Source: the human T2T-CHM13v2.0 reference genome, Homo sapiens. From it: a stretch of DNA of 64,000 nt. Location of the stretch: the NCBI RefSeq assembly GCF_009914755.1, contig NC_060937.1. One strand, written 5' to 3'. The notes under the pieces are model-generated. The model worked only from the letters and a program-made list of their open reading frames with translations. It was not told the DNA's origin and did no database searches. How positions within the stretch are numbered: the first letter of the stretch is position 1; each line of letters begins with the position of its first letter. Positions 13,082 through 27,534 of this stretch are shown one piece after another. The translations under genes and the position numbers were made by a program.

Positions 13082-13393
13082 GGGTGGGTGCAGTGGCTCA
13101 CTCCTGTAATCCTAGCATTTTGGGAGGCCGAGAATAGCGGACCACTTGAGGTCAGGAGTTTGAGACCACCCTGGCCAACATGGTGAAACCTTGTCTCTAC
13201 TAAAAATACAAAAATTAGCTGGGCATGGTGGTGCATTTCTGTAATCCCTGCTACTCAGGAGGCTGAGGCAGGAGAATCGCTTACACCTGGGAGTGGAGGA
13301 GCCAAGATCATGCCATTGTTCTCCAGTCTGGGCAACAGAGTGAGAGTCGTCTCAAAACAAACACACACACACACACGCATACACACACACACT
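13082..13393 (+). mobile_element. AluS (Sx/Sz-like) with tail converted to (AC)n
   Basis: Dimeric Alu 13082-13353 with CACTTGAGGTCAGGAGTTTGAGACC; tail AAAACAAACACACAC... to ~13393. Confidence 0.92.
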
Positions 13394-13918
13394 TGAAAAA
13401 CATATTTTTCTGAATGATGTATTGAGAGCCCTGGATAAACTGGGAGTCTCCTTAAAGGGTAAAACCCAAGTGTTCTCAGAACATGGTGGTAGTGTCCCCG
13501 GGCCTCCCGCCTCATTCCCTAGGCTGCCATCCCCCTGCAGATGCCCACTGCCCTCATTCCAGGGGGTATTGTCCAGCCAGGTAAGTGGACTCTGTGACTC
13601 TAGTTGCTTAGGTCAACACACCATTGCCAAATATTTGACTATGTCATCCTTTTACAGAAATGACAAATAATTCTCTCCCTTGTTAATAAGGTAAACACAT
13701 TAGCTTGGCATTCAGGATTTTTCTCAGTCTACCCTGAACTTCTTACCCGAAGCCTCATTATTCCATTGGTAATGAGGAATGGAACAGATATTCAGGAAAC
13801 TTCTATTTTAGGACTAGGCATGTTGTTGCCTGTTTGAATTAGAGGGTATTTAAGATGAAGAAGACTTGGTTCTTTCCATTACAGGTCATAGATTAGTGGA
13901 GGAGGATACTGATATTCT

Positions 13919-13988
13919 AATTTAATGTAAATCATTACAATATAGTGTAATTTAATTGAATGTAAATTATTACAATATAGTATAATAC
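13919..13988 (+). repeat. Imperfect 35-bp tandem duplication
   Basis: AATTTAATGTAAATCATTACAATATAGTGTAATTT followed by AATTGAATGTAAATTATTACAATATAGTATAATAC. Confidence 0.85.
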
Positions 13989-14035
13989 TTAAAGAAGTAG
14001 AGATATGAAAAAATAAAACACATAAAATCTGGTTG

Positions 14036-14765
14036 CCATTAAGTTGGCTACTATTTTTTTTAAAAAGCCCAGAAAATAACAAGTGTTGGTGAGGATGTGA
14101 AGACATTGGAACCCTCATGCATTGCCGATTGGACTAGAATGGTGTACCCACTATAGAAAACAAGATGACAATTCCTCAAAAAATTAAAAGTAGAATTACT
14201 GTGTCACCCAGCAATTCCACTACTGGATATATACCCCAAAAATGTGAAAGCAGGCTTGTGAAGAGATATTTATGTATCCATGTTCCTAGTTGTATTATTC
14301 ACAACAGTCAAGAGGTGGTAACAGACCAAGTAACCATTGATGGATGAATGGATAAACAAAATGTCATTTATCCATATAGCAGAAGACAATTCAGCCTTAA
14401 AAGGAAAAGAAATTCTGACACATGCTACAACATGGGTGAACCTTGAGTACATTGTGCTGAGTGAAATAAGCCAGACACAAAGGACAAATAAATACTGCAT
14501 GATTCCACTAATAGGAGGTACCTGGAGTACTCAGATTCATAGAGACGGAAAGTAAAATGGGGTTGTCAGGGGCTAAAGAGAAGGAGGAATGGGAAGTTAC
14601 TGTTTAACAGGTATAGAGTGTCACTTTGGGAAGATGCAAAAATTCTGGAGATGGATGGTTGTAATTGTTGCACAACAATGTAAATGTACTTAATACCACT
14701 GAACTTTACACTTAAAAATAGTAAAATTATATTATGTGAATTTTACCACAGTTAGAAAATAAATT
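14036..14765 (+). mobile_element. L1MB (MB2/3-like) 3' end
   Basis: GAAAATAACAAGTGTTGGTGAGGATGTG...CCCAGCAATTCCACT...ATGCTACAACATGGGTGAACCTTGAG...TTTTACCACAGTT; the ORF track shows L1 ORF2 C-terminal peptide (ATTWVNLEYIVLSEISQTQ). Confidence 0.9.
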
Positions 14766-16167
14766 TTAAATGTCCAATGTCAGCCAATTATTTAGTTGTT
14801 AATAAAGAAATAGAAAACTAAATCAAGTGGGCTAAAATGTCACTTTGATAACTATAGGACAGCTTGTAGGGCCAATGGGGTGTAGGTGTTTACATCCAAT
14901 AGTGGTAGCATCTTACAAATAAATCTCTTGCATCAGTGTGAGTGATGGGGTATGTGATAGGCATCACATTGAACTTCTTGAGCAGCTTCCTTGGTTTAAA
15001 ATGAGTAGCTGCTTGAGTCGTTTGCAATTCAACCCAAGAAACACTTAAGGTTGCCAAGCAACATGACTGCTGTCAACAGAAGCAAATCTAACATTAATTT
15101 CGTATCTCCTAAAATGAAAGAAGAAACGTTGAATCTAAATGTTTTCATTTCTAGCTACTTTATTGAATAATATGAACACTTTGTCAAGAATATGCTGTGC
15201 TGTTTCTACATGAACGGTTTCATGCAGCCACTCCTGTGTTTTGTTTTCTTAGCCAAAGCACCTTAGGTTTTTCAAGAGCCCAGAGGCAACCTGCCGCAGG
15301 ATTTACACTCTGAAAACTAATAGCTTTACCTGGGAAGTTATAAAAATCACTCAGTAAAATGAAGTTGTTAAAAGGCAAACTCTTTATTTCATGATGATTT
15401 TTTAAACCCAGAGGACTTCTTTTTGGTTAAACTTAGCAAACAAAGACAATAGTTAGATTACTCAGTTCACTTCCTGCACAGAGCCACAGAACAGACTTAA
15501 ATGAGACAGCTTTCTGTTTGAGGCATCCCCTTACTGAATTCTGTGATCCACAGAAATAAAGTCAGTGGCAAATGTACAAAATTGAAATGATTCCACTGGA
15601 TTGGCCAAAGGATAGCCATAATTGGGGATTCTCTTTTCTTCTGAAGCAAGAACTGTATATTCTACTCAGACTGCTGTGTTCACTGTCTTTAACAGACTAT
15701 CTGGAGTAGACAGTGAGGAGAGGAATATAGCTATGTATGTGAACTACTTTGACACGCATTTAACTTCTCCATATACCAAAAATGAGGTTGGTGGGCTGTC
15801 CTCATACCTGCACTTCCTCTTTCCCTTAACTCCTGCCCTTTACTGAGAACCCACGGGGAGGAGGTCTTTTCAGTTCCTTACCTCTATGACTGCAGTAACC
15901 TTCAATCCCATGTGAAGAGTTCATACGTGTAGTCACATCCTGTGCCTTGTCAGCCTCTGAAATCTTTGTTCTCTGTGCTAACCTACAGCCGTATTTCCCA
16001 TTCTTTCATTTCTCGCCTCATTTTCCACAGTGGCTACTCCAAACCTCCACCACACTACAGAATTCCCATTTTACTGCCACTTACCCCTCTCGCTCTACCT
16101 GTCTTTAGCTCTGCTTTCCTGTTTCTATCCAAAGCTAAAGTAATTTCTTCATCTCTGCCCTTTACTT

Positions 16168-16389
16168 CGAGCTTGTCCAACCTGCAACCTCCTGGCTCCA
16201 TGCAGCCCAGGATGGGTTTGAATGTGACCCAACATAAATTCGTAAACTTTCTTAAAACCTTATGAGATTTTTTTGTGATTTTTTTTTTTAAATTTTAGCT
16301 CATCAGCTGTTGTTAGTATATTTTATGTGTGGCCCAAGACAATTCTTCTTTCAATGTGGCCCAGGGAAGCTACATATTGGACACCCCTG
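16168..16389 (-). mobile_element. MER30 hAT-Charlie element
   Basis: CGAGCTTGTCCAACC...TGTGGCCCAAGACAATTCTTC...ATTGGACACCCCTG; 8-bp TSD CTTTACTT/CTCTACTT. Confidence 0.9.
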
Positions 16390-16449
16390 CTCTACTTCAT
16401 CCTACAACCTGAAGACCTTAGAATGCCTATGTTGGGGTCCTGCGTCTCT

Positions 16450-16630
16450 ACTCAGGAGCTGGGAGACCTTGGAAAGTTCACTGGCCACTTTGTACACCAG
16501 TTTTCTCATCAGCACATGTGGTTAATGGTACCCATATCACAGGGCGATTGTGAGGATTAAAGAGAAAATGCATGTAAAGCACACTGGACAGTGGTGGGCA
16601 TGTGGTCAGTGCTCAGTCAGTGTTCAGTGC
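16450..16630 (+). mobile_element. MIR SINE
   Basis: GACCTTGGAAAGTTCAC...CAGTTTTCTCATC...GATTGTGAGGATTAAAGAGAAAATGCATGTAAAGCAC. Confidence 0.8.
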
Positions 16631-16907
16631 TCTGATCACCAGCCTCTGCCCCAGGTGCTGTCTTGGGTGCCCTCTCCGTCTGGGCTCCTGGGTGTCTCTT
16701 GTGTACCCACATGCGTCTTGCTCACCTGCTCCTGGCCCCAGCCATTGAGCTGCTCCCACACCACCTAACTTGTTCTTCAGCCTTAAAACCTTAGCTTTAG
16801 TAGCACTTCCTCCAGAGATCCTTACCTGATATCATGCCCCCTCCCCCTGCCCAAGTGTGAGTGAGAGGTCTCTGTCCTGTCCTTCCACACTCCCTGGATT
16901 TCCCCTC

Positions 16908-17345
16908 TGGGTTGGTCAGTTTTCTGTGTCAACATGGCTAGGCCTGAGTACCCAGTTATTCACTGGACACTCATTTAGGCCAGAGTACCCACTTATTCAC
17001 TTGGATGTGAATCTAGATGTTACCATGGAGGTATGTTGTAGATGTCCTTAACATCTATAATTTGCTGACTTTAAGAAAAAGAAGTTATCTTCTTTAGCCT
17101 GGGTGAGCCTCATCCAATCATTTCAAAGGCCTTAAAGAGCAAAACTGAGGCTTCCCTGAAGAGAAAGAAATTGTGCCTCAAGACTGCAACATCAGCTCCT
17201 GCCCCCAAGTTTCCACCCTGTAGGCTTGCACAGTGGATTTTGGCTTTGTCAGCCCCCATAATTGGGTAATCTCATTTTTTGAAATCTCTGTGCATGTGTG
17301 TGTTTCATATTCTGCTGATTCTGTCTCTGGACAGGGCTGACTGCA
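16908..17345 (+). mobile_element. MLT2D-like ERVL solo LTR with internal 37-bp duplication
   Basis: Starts TGGGTTGGTCAGTTTTCTGTGTCAAC; GGGTGAGCCTCATCCAATCA...GGCCTTAAAGAGCAAAACTGAGG; TSD CCCTC/GCCTC; TAGGCC(T/A)GAGTACCCA(G/C)TTATTCACT at 16939 and 16976. Confidence 0.8.
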
Positions 17346-17514
17346 GCCTCTCACAGCTTGCACATGGCTGCACCGGGCCCCGCTTGCCCTGATTCTCCTC
17401 TGATCCGATAGCTGCTCACTGGCAGGAGCCACATTTCTCCATGTGCTTGTCCCATAGCTTAGTTAATATTGAATACTTCCATTTTTCCTGCTAAGCAGCG
17501 TGGTTTTACAGATT

Positions 17515-18090
17515 AGTGTATTCAACAGATGTTTATTGAATTTTGGGGGTATGGCACATACCTCGCAAAGTGCTATACGTACAAACCTGAAAAGAACCTA
17601 TCCCTGCTTTTCCAGAGCTGCAGGCTGGTGAGATCAGTGTTGAAGCAAATGTTGATGTGATGCGTAATGGAGGTGCGTACAGAGGAATTGAATGTATTAG
17701 AAAGGTGTCTAAGTTTGAGACATCAAAGAAGGCAGTAGAAGAAGAGACAAATTTGAAGGATCAGTTGAGTTTGCAGGTGGGACAGACAGACAGAATAGCC
17801 ATGTGAATTTGTAGAGGCATGACACATTGCAGCAGCGAGATGGGATTAGACCTCCTGGGCCACTGCTGGGCAGGCAGGCCTTTCTCAGGCCGTGAAGACA
17901 TGCAGCGGGACCAGAAAATAATGTTCAATGAGGAGTGAGTTGGATTTATGAATTAAAGACCACATAATAGGCGGCAAAGGGAGTGGGTTAGAGAAGGTGA
18001 AACTCAAGGAGAGGAAACCGGTTAGGAATCGCCCAGAGACAGATGATGCAGAGGGACTCAGATGGCGACAGGAAGGAGAGGAAAGGATGG
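17515..18090 (-). mobile_element. L2 3' remnant
   Basis: ATTCAACAGATGTTTATTGAA antisense L2 terminus followed by purine-rich L2-like body. Confidence 0.6.
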
Positions 18091-18452
18091 GCAAAAGAGG
18101 TCTTCAGGATTATTTCGCATTATAAATACCAGAAAATGTGAGTGCATATACATTAAATGTCAATAACATGATTTTGAAAATCTTACGGAAGGTGAATTAT
18201 ACACCTCAATGAAAAGGGAAATAAAGAACTGGCAATCTTTACATGAGCAAGGATGAAAAATATAATTTCCCAAAGTCAACAGTGAATATTTATGAATGGT
18301 GGCATTTGGGGTAATTTTAGTTTTTTTCTTTATCTTCTAATCATTATTTAAAATTTTTGATGCTAGCCATGTGTCACTCATGTTGTTAATTCAAACATAA
18401 AAAAAATGCCAGGTTGCCTTCAACTGTATTCCTCACTCTGTGCCTACTTTCA

Positions 18453-18496
18453 GTTTTGATCCATGTCTGGGTGTTTTGATCAATGCCTGGGTGTTT
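18453..18496 (+). repeat. 20-bp tandem duplication
   Basis: GTTTTGATCCATGTCTGGGT / GTTTTGATCAATGCCTGGGT. Confidence 0.85.
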
Positions 18497-19172
18497 CATA
18501 TATATAAAACTGAACAAAGTCTAAATGTATTCGGTGATTACATAAAAAATAAGATAATGAGGAAAACCTTCATCTTTGATGCCTTTATATTGTGCATCAA
18601 AGGATGACCCTAGTTTAAAAGGAAATTGTAAATGATAAAACAAAGGTTTAGTTCAAACCATTGCCCTAAATGTCGGGCCTTGTAGAACATTTCTTTAGAT
18701 TTCTCTAAATGTGGTGGCAAGTGCATTTCTGTGGAATTGCGGACACTCTGTGCACTTTCTCTGGTTTATAAATATTTAGTACTATGATTACTCATATATT
18801 CAGGTATTGGAATGGAACTGTTTTCCCCTGGCAGTCTTTTTTTTTTTTTTTTTTCCCCATCCGGAATGACATTCCAGATTCAGAAAGGACTGGCTGTCAT
18901 TTAGCTCTGTTATTTGAGAGAACTGTAATTCTGTATTTCTGTCATTGGGCCAGAGTCCAGATTCTGTATGCTGGTCTTTTTTTCATAATTGCATTTATAA
19001 AACGAACATTTGGGCTCATGATGGCAACCTTTCCCGAAGGTTGGATTCCCTGTGCAAAAGACTGGAGGGTGATCTTTCCACTTAGAATATGTTTCCCAAG
19101 CAAATCTACCTTGTCTTCTTCATATCATTGTTGTTTAAACAAAGAGGTTCAGCCTATTTAGTAAAGATGACT

Positions 19173-19302
19173 GTTTTCTTTCCATTTTCAAACTTATTTT
19201 TACTTTGTAGTTTTTTTTATTGATATATTTGTTCATATTTATGGGGTACGTGTGATGTTTTGTTACATGCATAGAATGTGTAATGATAGGAGGAATCAGT
19301 TC
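19173..19302 (-). mobile_element. Very short L1MA 3'-end insertion with probable 5' inversion
   Basis: TTTTTATTGATAT...CATATTTATGGGGTACGTGTGATGTTTTGTTACATGCATAGAATGTGTAATGAT is an antisense L1MA terminus; TSD TAAAGATGACT at 19162 and 19303. Confidence 0.8.
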
Positions 19303-19844
19303 TAAAGATGACTTTTTATTTTAGGTGATGATACGTGATTGTGAGTGAAAGGACAACAAAATGAGTCATGGCTGGTGAGGAACTGCCTGTGCCCAGCATG
19401 CTGGTTCTCAGGGGCAGCCTTGGTACTTCAGTATGGTGTGCACTGTTGGGCTTGGGCTGTCATCATGAAGCAGAAAATAGTCTCTCTTCAAAAAAGAATG
19501 GTGGGGGCAGGGTGAGGTGAGGGTTCTTGGTCCATTAAGGTCAGAACATTGAGGATTAGTTTTATTTTTACACTTAGGTGAAACCCCAAGACCTTTCTCG
19601 GTACTGGGGAGGCCTTACTGCTGTTTGTCAATCATTGCTGTCATGGAGCCTTCACCCTTTGTGTTTTCAGAGTGCTTTATAGCCAAGAGCTTTGAAAGAG
19701 CAAGGTTAGGGTTTGTCTTGGTCATATGGAGGACAGAATGGAGTGAGTCCAAGAAGAGAGAGGATTTGGTCATGCCTTGGATATCCTTACTGAAGGGAGC
19801 AAGAATATGTGTAGATTTTGAGTATGTCATTAATTAACACGTTT

Positions 19845-20727
<883 letters not shown>

Positions 20728-21599
20728 CAGAAGATTCAATGGGTCAATTTTTCCACTGGTCTAAAATGATACTCCTTGTGTCTATCATGGGGATGCCTTG
20801 AACAGAGAAGCATCATGATGTTTTAAAGTCCTCTTACCTTCTTATGACATGCCAGGCCTTGAGCTAATCTCTTTATAGTCATAGAGGTAGCTGTCATCCT
20901 TAGTTTGTAGTTAAGAGAAGCTGAGCCCTAGAGGTTTTGGAGATTGACAGAACCTTGTTTTGAATCCCAGTCTTACTGACTCAAAAGCTGATTGTCTTGA
21001 CCACTATGACATACTGGATATGAGACAGCTAACTTAGAGATGCCCTGGTTACCTCCTGGCTGGAATGATGTTACCCCTGAGACAGCAGCCAGTGCTGCCA
21101 ACAGATCCCAGACAGCAGGTGGGGGCCATTGAGGCCCAGCTCAGGAGGACTTGGCGTGGGCAGACAGCTGCCTTCACATGGCCATGGCAATGGTGGGGCA
21201 GAGGCATTGTCTTTTTCCACAAGGAAACAGGACAGCCTGAGACATCTGTAGGTCAGCATCAACGGCTGGTCCAAGCCTGCTGGGAGCTACAGGGATTAAT
21301 GCTGTGAAAGATGAGAGGCTGCACTCTTTAGCTAAAGAAGCCTGGCTTCCTGCTCACCTCCACTTGGCTTAGCCATCCCTCTAGATGGCTTTAAACAATG
21401 TTTAGTTGTCTTATTTCATCACAAAAGCAACACATGCTCACTGTGGAGAGTTTGGAAAACACCAGTTTGTTCCCAGTATCAAATGAAAGTCATCCCTAAT
21501 TCTACCATCCAGAGACGTTGATGATGACATGATTTTGATTGAATCCTTACGTGTTGTGGTGCTGCACTAGCATTTAGTGCTGATTTCCCATTTTAAAAA

Positions 21600-21745
21600 T
21601 CTTGACCACAAGTCTGTGAGGTAGGTATTATTTGCTCCATTTTACTGATGAGAAGCAGAGCAGTTAAATGACCTCCCAAGATGACACTGCTGGGAAGTAG
21701 TACAGCCAGGTTTCAGCCCAAATATTGACATGACCCCAGAACTCT
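21600..21745 (-). mobile_element. MIR SINE remnant
   Basis: CTGTGAGGTAGGTATTATTTGCTCCATTTTACTGATGAGAAGCAGAG...GTTAAATGACCTCCCAAG. Confidence 0.75.
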
Positions 21746-21989
21746 GGAATGAGTACGTTTCATATACTTGTGTCTGTGTGAGTGCATGTGCATGGTGTAT
21801 ATACACATACATATACTTTTCTTTTTTTATGGGATAAAGTAAAATCTTTACTGAAGGAATAGAACTTAACCTGGAGAGATACAGCCTGATCCTGGGTGAC
21901 TCAACATTATGCAGATTCCTGTTCTCTTCAAATTCTTCTATAAATTACTGTCATTGCATTCAAAAACCTAATTAAGCTTTCTATAGCTT

Positions 21990-23441
21990 TTTTTCCCATG
22001 TTTGTTATTGTGGTAGAATACACACGACAAAATTTGGCATCTTAACGATGAAGTGTACAGTTCAGTGGCAGTAAGTACATTCACATTGTTGTGCAACCAT
22101 CACCACCACCCATCCACAGAACTGAAACTCTGTACCCATTAAACAACAACTCTGCATTTCCCCCAACCCTCCAGCCCCTGGAAACCACAATTCTGCTTTC
22201 TGTCTCAATGAATGTGACCACTCTAGATACCTCATATAGTTGGAATCATACAGTATTTGTGTTTTTGTGACTGACTTATTTCACTTATATAATGTCCTCA
22301 GGGTTCATTAATGTTGTAACATCTGTTAGAATTTCCATTCTTTTTAAGTCTGAATAATATTCCTTTGTATGCATAGACCATATTTTGTTTATCCATTTGT
22401 GAATGGACATTTTGGTTGCTTCCACATTTTAGCTACTGCAGTTAATACCACTGTGAACCTGGGGGTACAAATATACAAATATCTTTTTAGGACCCTGCTT
22501 TCAGTTCTTTTGAGTATATATCCAGAAGTAGAATTGCTAGATGATGTGGTAATTCTATTTTTAATTTTTTGGGGAGCTGCCATACTGTTTTCCGTAACAG
22601 CTGTACCATTTTACATTTTCACAAGTGCACAAGGGTTCCAGGTTCTCCACATTCTTGACAACACTTGTTATTTTGTGTTTTTTTTTTTCTTAATAGTAGC
22701 CATACTAATGGTTGCGAGGTGCTATCTCATTATAGGTTTGATTTAATTTTCATAATGATTAGTGAGGTTGAGCATGTTTTCATATGATTATTGCCATTTG
22801 TATTCTTCTTTGGAGATCCGTCTCCTCCAGTCCTTTGCCTGTTTTTGAATGGTATTGTTTGTTTTTTGTTATTGAGTTTCAGGAGTTTTCTGTGTATTCT
22901 GGATATTAATCCCTTATCAGATATGCAATTTGCAAATATTTTCTCTCATTCTGTGGGTTGCCTTTTAATCTGTTGGTAATGGTTTTTGATATACAAATTT
23001 TTAAAATTTTCAGAAGTCCTCAGATTTTCTTTTATTGTCTGTGCTTTCAGTGTCATATCTAAGAAATCATTGCCAAATCCAATGTGGTGAAGCTTTTGTC
23101 CTGTTTTCTTCTAAGAGCTTTATGGTTTTAGGTTTTACATTTAGATGTTTGATCCATTTTGAATTAACTTTTGTATATGATGTTAGGTAAAGGCCCAACT
23201 TTGTTGTTTCACATGGAAATATCCAGTTTTCGAAGAATCATTTGTTGAAATGATTTCCCTCCCCCCATTGAATAGTCATGGCACCTTGTTAAAATCATTT
23301 GACCATAAATGTAAGGGTTTACTTTTGGATTATTTATTCTACTTCATGAGTCTGTATGTCTATCTTTTTGCAGTACCACACTGATTTGATTACTGGGGAT
23401 TTGGAGTAAGTCTTGAAATTAGGAAGTGTGTCTCCTCCAGC
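21990..23441 (-). mobile_element. L1MB 3' UTR and ORF2 3' portion
   Basis: AAGTGTACAGTTCAGTGGCAGTAAGTACATTCACATTGTTGTGCAACCATCACCACC 3' end; ORF track peptide ICTPRFT..LTAVAKMWKQPKCP is L1 ORF2 C-terminus. Confidence 0.9.
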
Positions 23442-24182
23442 TAAATGTTAGTCAATTTGTTGATCTTTACAAAGAAACAGCTTTTGGTTTTATTGATTTT
23501 CTCTATTATTTTCTTATTCTTTATTTCCTTCCTGTACTCTGCTCTACCCTTTACTGTTTCCTTCCTGTATTAGTTTTGGGTTTAATTTGTTCTTCTCATT
23601 CAAGTTCCTTAAATTGTAACATTAGGTTGTTGATTTAAGATCTTTCATGTTTTTTATTGTAAGCACATATGGCTACAAATTTGCCCTTTGGCACTGCTTT
23701 TGTTTATTCCCTAAGTCTTGTTATGTTGTATTTTTATTTTTTTTGTCTCTATTTATTTTCTAATTTCCCTTGTGATTTCTTTTTTGATTTGTTGGTTGTT
23801 TAAGAGTGTGCTGTTTAATTTCCACACATTTTTGAATTTTCACTTTCCTTCTGTTACTGATTTCTAATGTCGTCTGGTTGTAGTAAGAGAAGAAAATTTG
23901 TAATCTGTCTTTTAAAATCTATTGAAGCTTAATTTGTGGTCTAGTATATGTCTAGGTTGGAAAATTTCCCATGTGCACTTGAAAAGAATGTGAATTCTGT
24001 TATTGGGTAGAGTACTCTGTATAAATCTAATTGGTTTATTGTGTTGTTCAAGCTCTCTATTCTTTACTTATCTTCTGTCTGGGTTTCCTGTAGGTTATTA
24101 AGAATGGGGTATCAAAGTCTCCAACTATTACTATAGAATGATTTCTTTCTTCAGTTCCATCAATTTTTGCTTATATATTTGA

Positions 24183-24532
<350 letters not shown>

Positions 24533-24590
24533 AACACTTTTTATTAATATATACAATAGTCCCCCTTACTTTTCATTAATATAATATATA

Positions 24591-24926
24591 CAGTAGGCCC
24601 CTTTATCCATGATTTTGCTTTCCGAGGTTTCAATTACCTACTTCAACCAAGGTCCGAAAATATTAAATGGACACTTTCAGAAATAAACAATTCATAGGTT
24701 TTAATTATTGTATGCCCTTCTGAATAGCGCAGTGAAATCTCACACTGTCCCACTTTGTTCCACCCACGTCAGAACCATCCCTTTGTCCAGCATATCTATA
24801 CTGTGTGCACTACCCACTCATTAGTCACTTAGTAGCCATCTCAGTTATCACGTTGCAAAAACAGTGGTTTCAGGCATTCACTGGGAATATAGGAATGTAT
24901 TCCCCACAAATAAGGGGGGACTACTA
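24591..24926. mobile_element. MER44-family Tigger element (opposite orientation to the 6073 copy)
   Basis: TIRs CAGTAGGCCCCTTTATCC ... AATAAGGGGGGACTACT; internal sequence is the reverse complement of parts of 6073-6611. Confidence 0.85.
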
Positions 24927-25931
24927 TAATGTCCTTCTTTGTCTCTTATAACTTTTTTTGATCTAAAGTTTATTTTGTGGTAGTATAGCCAGTTCTGCTC
25001 TCTTTTGGTTACTGTTTGCATAGAACATATTTTTCTATCCTTTCACTTTCAACCTATTTGTGTCCTTGGATTTAAAGTGAGTCTCTTGTAGGCAGCGTAT
25101 AGTTGGATCATGTTTTTGTTTTTTATCCATTCTGTCAGTCTCTTTTGATTGGAGAGTTTAATCCATTGAATTTAAAGTAATTACTGATAAGGAAGGACTG
25201 AGTTCTGCCATTTTGTTATTTGTTTTCTATATGCCTTATAGGATTTCTGTCCTTCACTTCTTGCATTACTATCTTCTTTGTGTTTAGGTGATTTTTTTTT
25301 TAGTAAAACATTTTAATTTCCTTCTCATTTCCTTTTGTGTATTTTCTATAGTAATTTTGAGATTACCATTGAGATTACATTTAACATCCTAAAGTTATAA
25401 CACTCTAATTTAAATTTATGCTAGTTAAACTTCAATAACATACAAAATCTCTGCTCCTTTAACAGCTTTGTTTCTACCACTTTCTGTTGTTGATGTTACA
25501 AAATTACGTCTTTATTTGTTGTGTGTCCAAAAACATAAACTAATAATTTTGTAATGTATTAGTCTCTTAAATATGTAGGAAAAAATGAGTTACCAACCAA
25601 AGTTATGATAAAACTAGCTTTTAGACTAATAATTGCTTTTAAAAAATTGTATTAGACTCTTAAGTCCCATAGAAAACAAAAAGTTGAGTTATGCATCATG
25701 GTTACAGTAATACTAGCTTTTATAATTGCCCATGTTACTACCTTTACTGAGATCTTTATTTCTTCATATGGCTTCAAGTTACTGTCTAATGTCCTTTCGT
25801 TTCAACCTGCCCTCCTTTTAGCATTTCTCGCAGGGCATGTCTGTTGATTAGGAACAAACTCCCTCAACTTTTATTTGGGAATATCTTAATTTCTCCTCAC
25901 TTTTAAAGGACAGTTTCGCCAGATATAGAAT

Positions 25932-26772
25932 TGTGATATTGTGAAATATATATGTGGTCATTGTCCCTGTTTACTGGCATATAGCTCCTAAAATCCTTGG
26001 AATCTCCTGAGCGATAAGAGGGTCTTTTGCATGTTAATGAGATGACAAGTGGCTGGTGGCCCCTTAGATAGCTTCAGGATGGTGTCTGGTCACCCGAATG
26101 ACCAAGGCTTCATCAGGAGGTTGGGACTTTCAGTCCTACCCTGCAGCCTCTGGGCAGGGGAGAAGGGCCAAAGGTTGAGTTTGATCACCAGTGACTAATG
26201 ATTAAATCAGTCATGTTTGTATAATGAAATCTCCATAAAAGTCCAAAAGGACTGGTCTCAGGGAGTTTCTGGATAGCTGAACACATGGAGATGCCTAGAG
26301 GTTGGCTGGCCCAAAGAGGACATGGAAGTTCTGTACCCCTTCTCCCTTACCTCACCCTATACATCTCTTCCATCTGGCTATTCATATGTATTTTTTGTAC
26401 TGAGTTTTGTGAGCCACTCTAATTTGTTAATTAATCTAGCAAATTAATCAAAACCCAAGGAGGATATCATGAACCCTCAGTCAGAAGTATATGTGACAAC
26501 CTAGTACTTGGCAACTGGCATCTGATATGGGAACCAGTCTTATGGGACTAAGTAAGCCTCAGCCTGTGGGATGTGATGCTATTTCCAGGTAGACAGTATC
26601 AGAATGGAATTGAAGGATACCCATTTAGTGTCTGCTGAAGAATTGATTGGTTGCTGGTAGAGAGAAATCTCCCCACAATTTGGTAGTCAGAGATGAAATA
26701 TTCTGTGTTGTGTAGACTGTGAGTGGTTAAGCAGAGGAAAAACATTTTGTTTTTTTCTGCTGCATCCTTATA
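25932..26772 (+). mobile_element. MER21 (B-like) LTR
   Basis: TGTGATATTGTGAAATATATAT...CTCCTAAAATCCTTGGAATCTCC...GATAGCTTCAGGATGG...CCAGGTAGACAGTATCAGAAT; splits the host L1 at AGAAT / AGAAC. Confidence 0.82.
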
Positions 26773-27141
26773 AGAACTCTTGGTTGACAGTTTTTTTTCT
26801 TTTATCACATTGACTATATCAACCCACTGCCTTCTGGCCTCCAATGTTTCTGATGTGAAATCTGCTGATAATCTTATTGAGGATCCCTAGTATGTAACCA
26901 TTTATGTCTTACTGCTTTCAAAATTATCTCTGTCTTTTAACAGTTTGATTATACTGTTTCTTGGTGTGGGCCTCTTTGAGTTCATCCTGCTTCCGTGCTC
27001 ATCCTATCTCCCTGCTTCTTGGATGTTTATATTCATGTTTTTCACCAAATGGGGATTTTTGGCCATTATTTCTTCATATATTCTCTCTACCTTTTTCCCT
27101 CTTCCTCTGGGACTACCGCAGTGTATTGCTGGTTGACCTGA

Positions 27142-27534
<393 letters not shown>

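Noticed and set aside
19325-19374. Possible small exon (TTTTTATTTTAG acceptor, CTG/GTGAGG donor); similar acceptor-like sites near 58703, 63080 and 63309
   Set aside because: Such splice-like signals are frequent by chance, and there is no recognisable peptide or consistent exon chain. RNA data would be needed.
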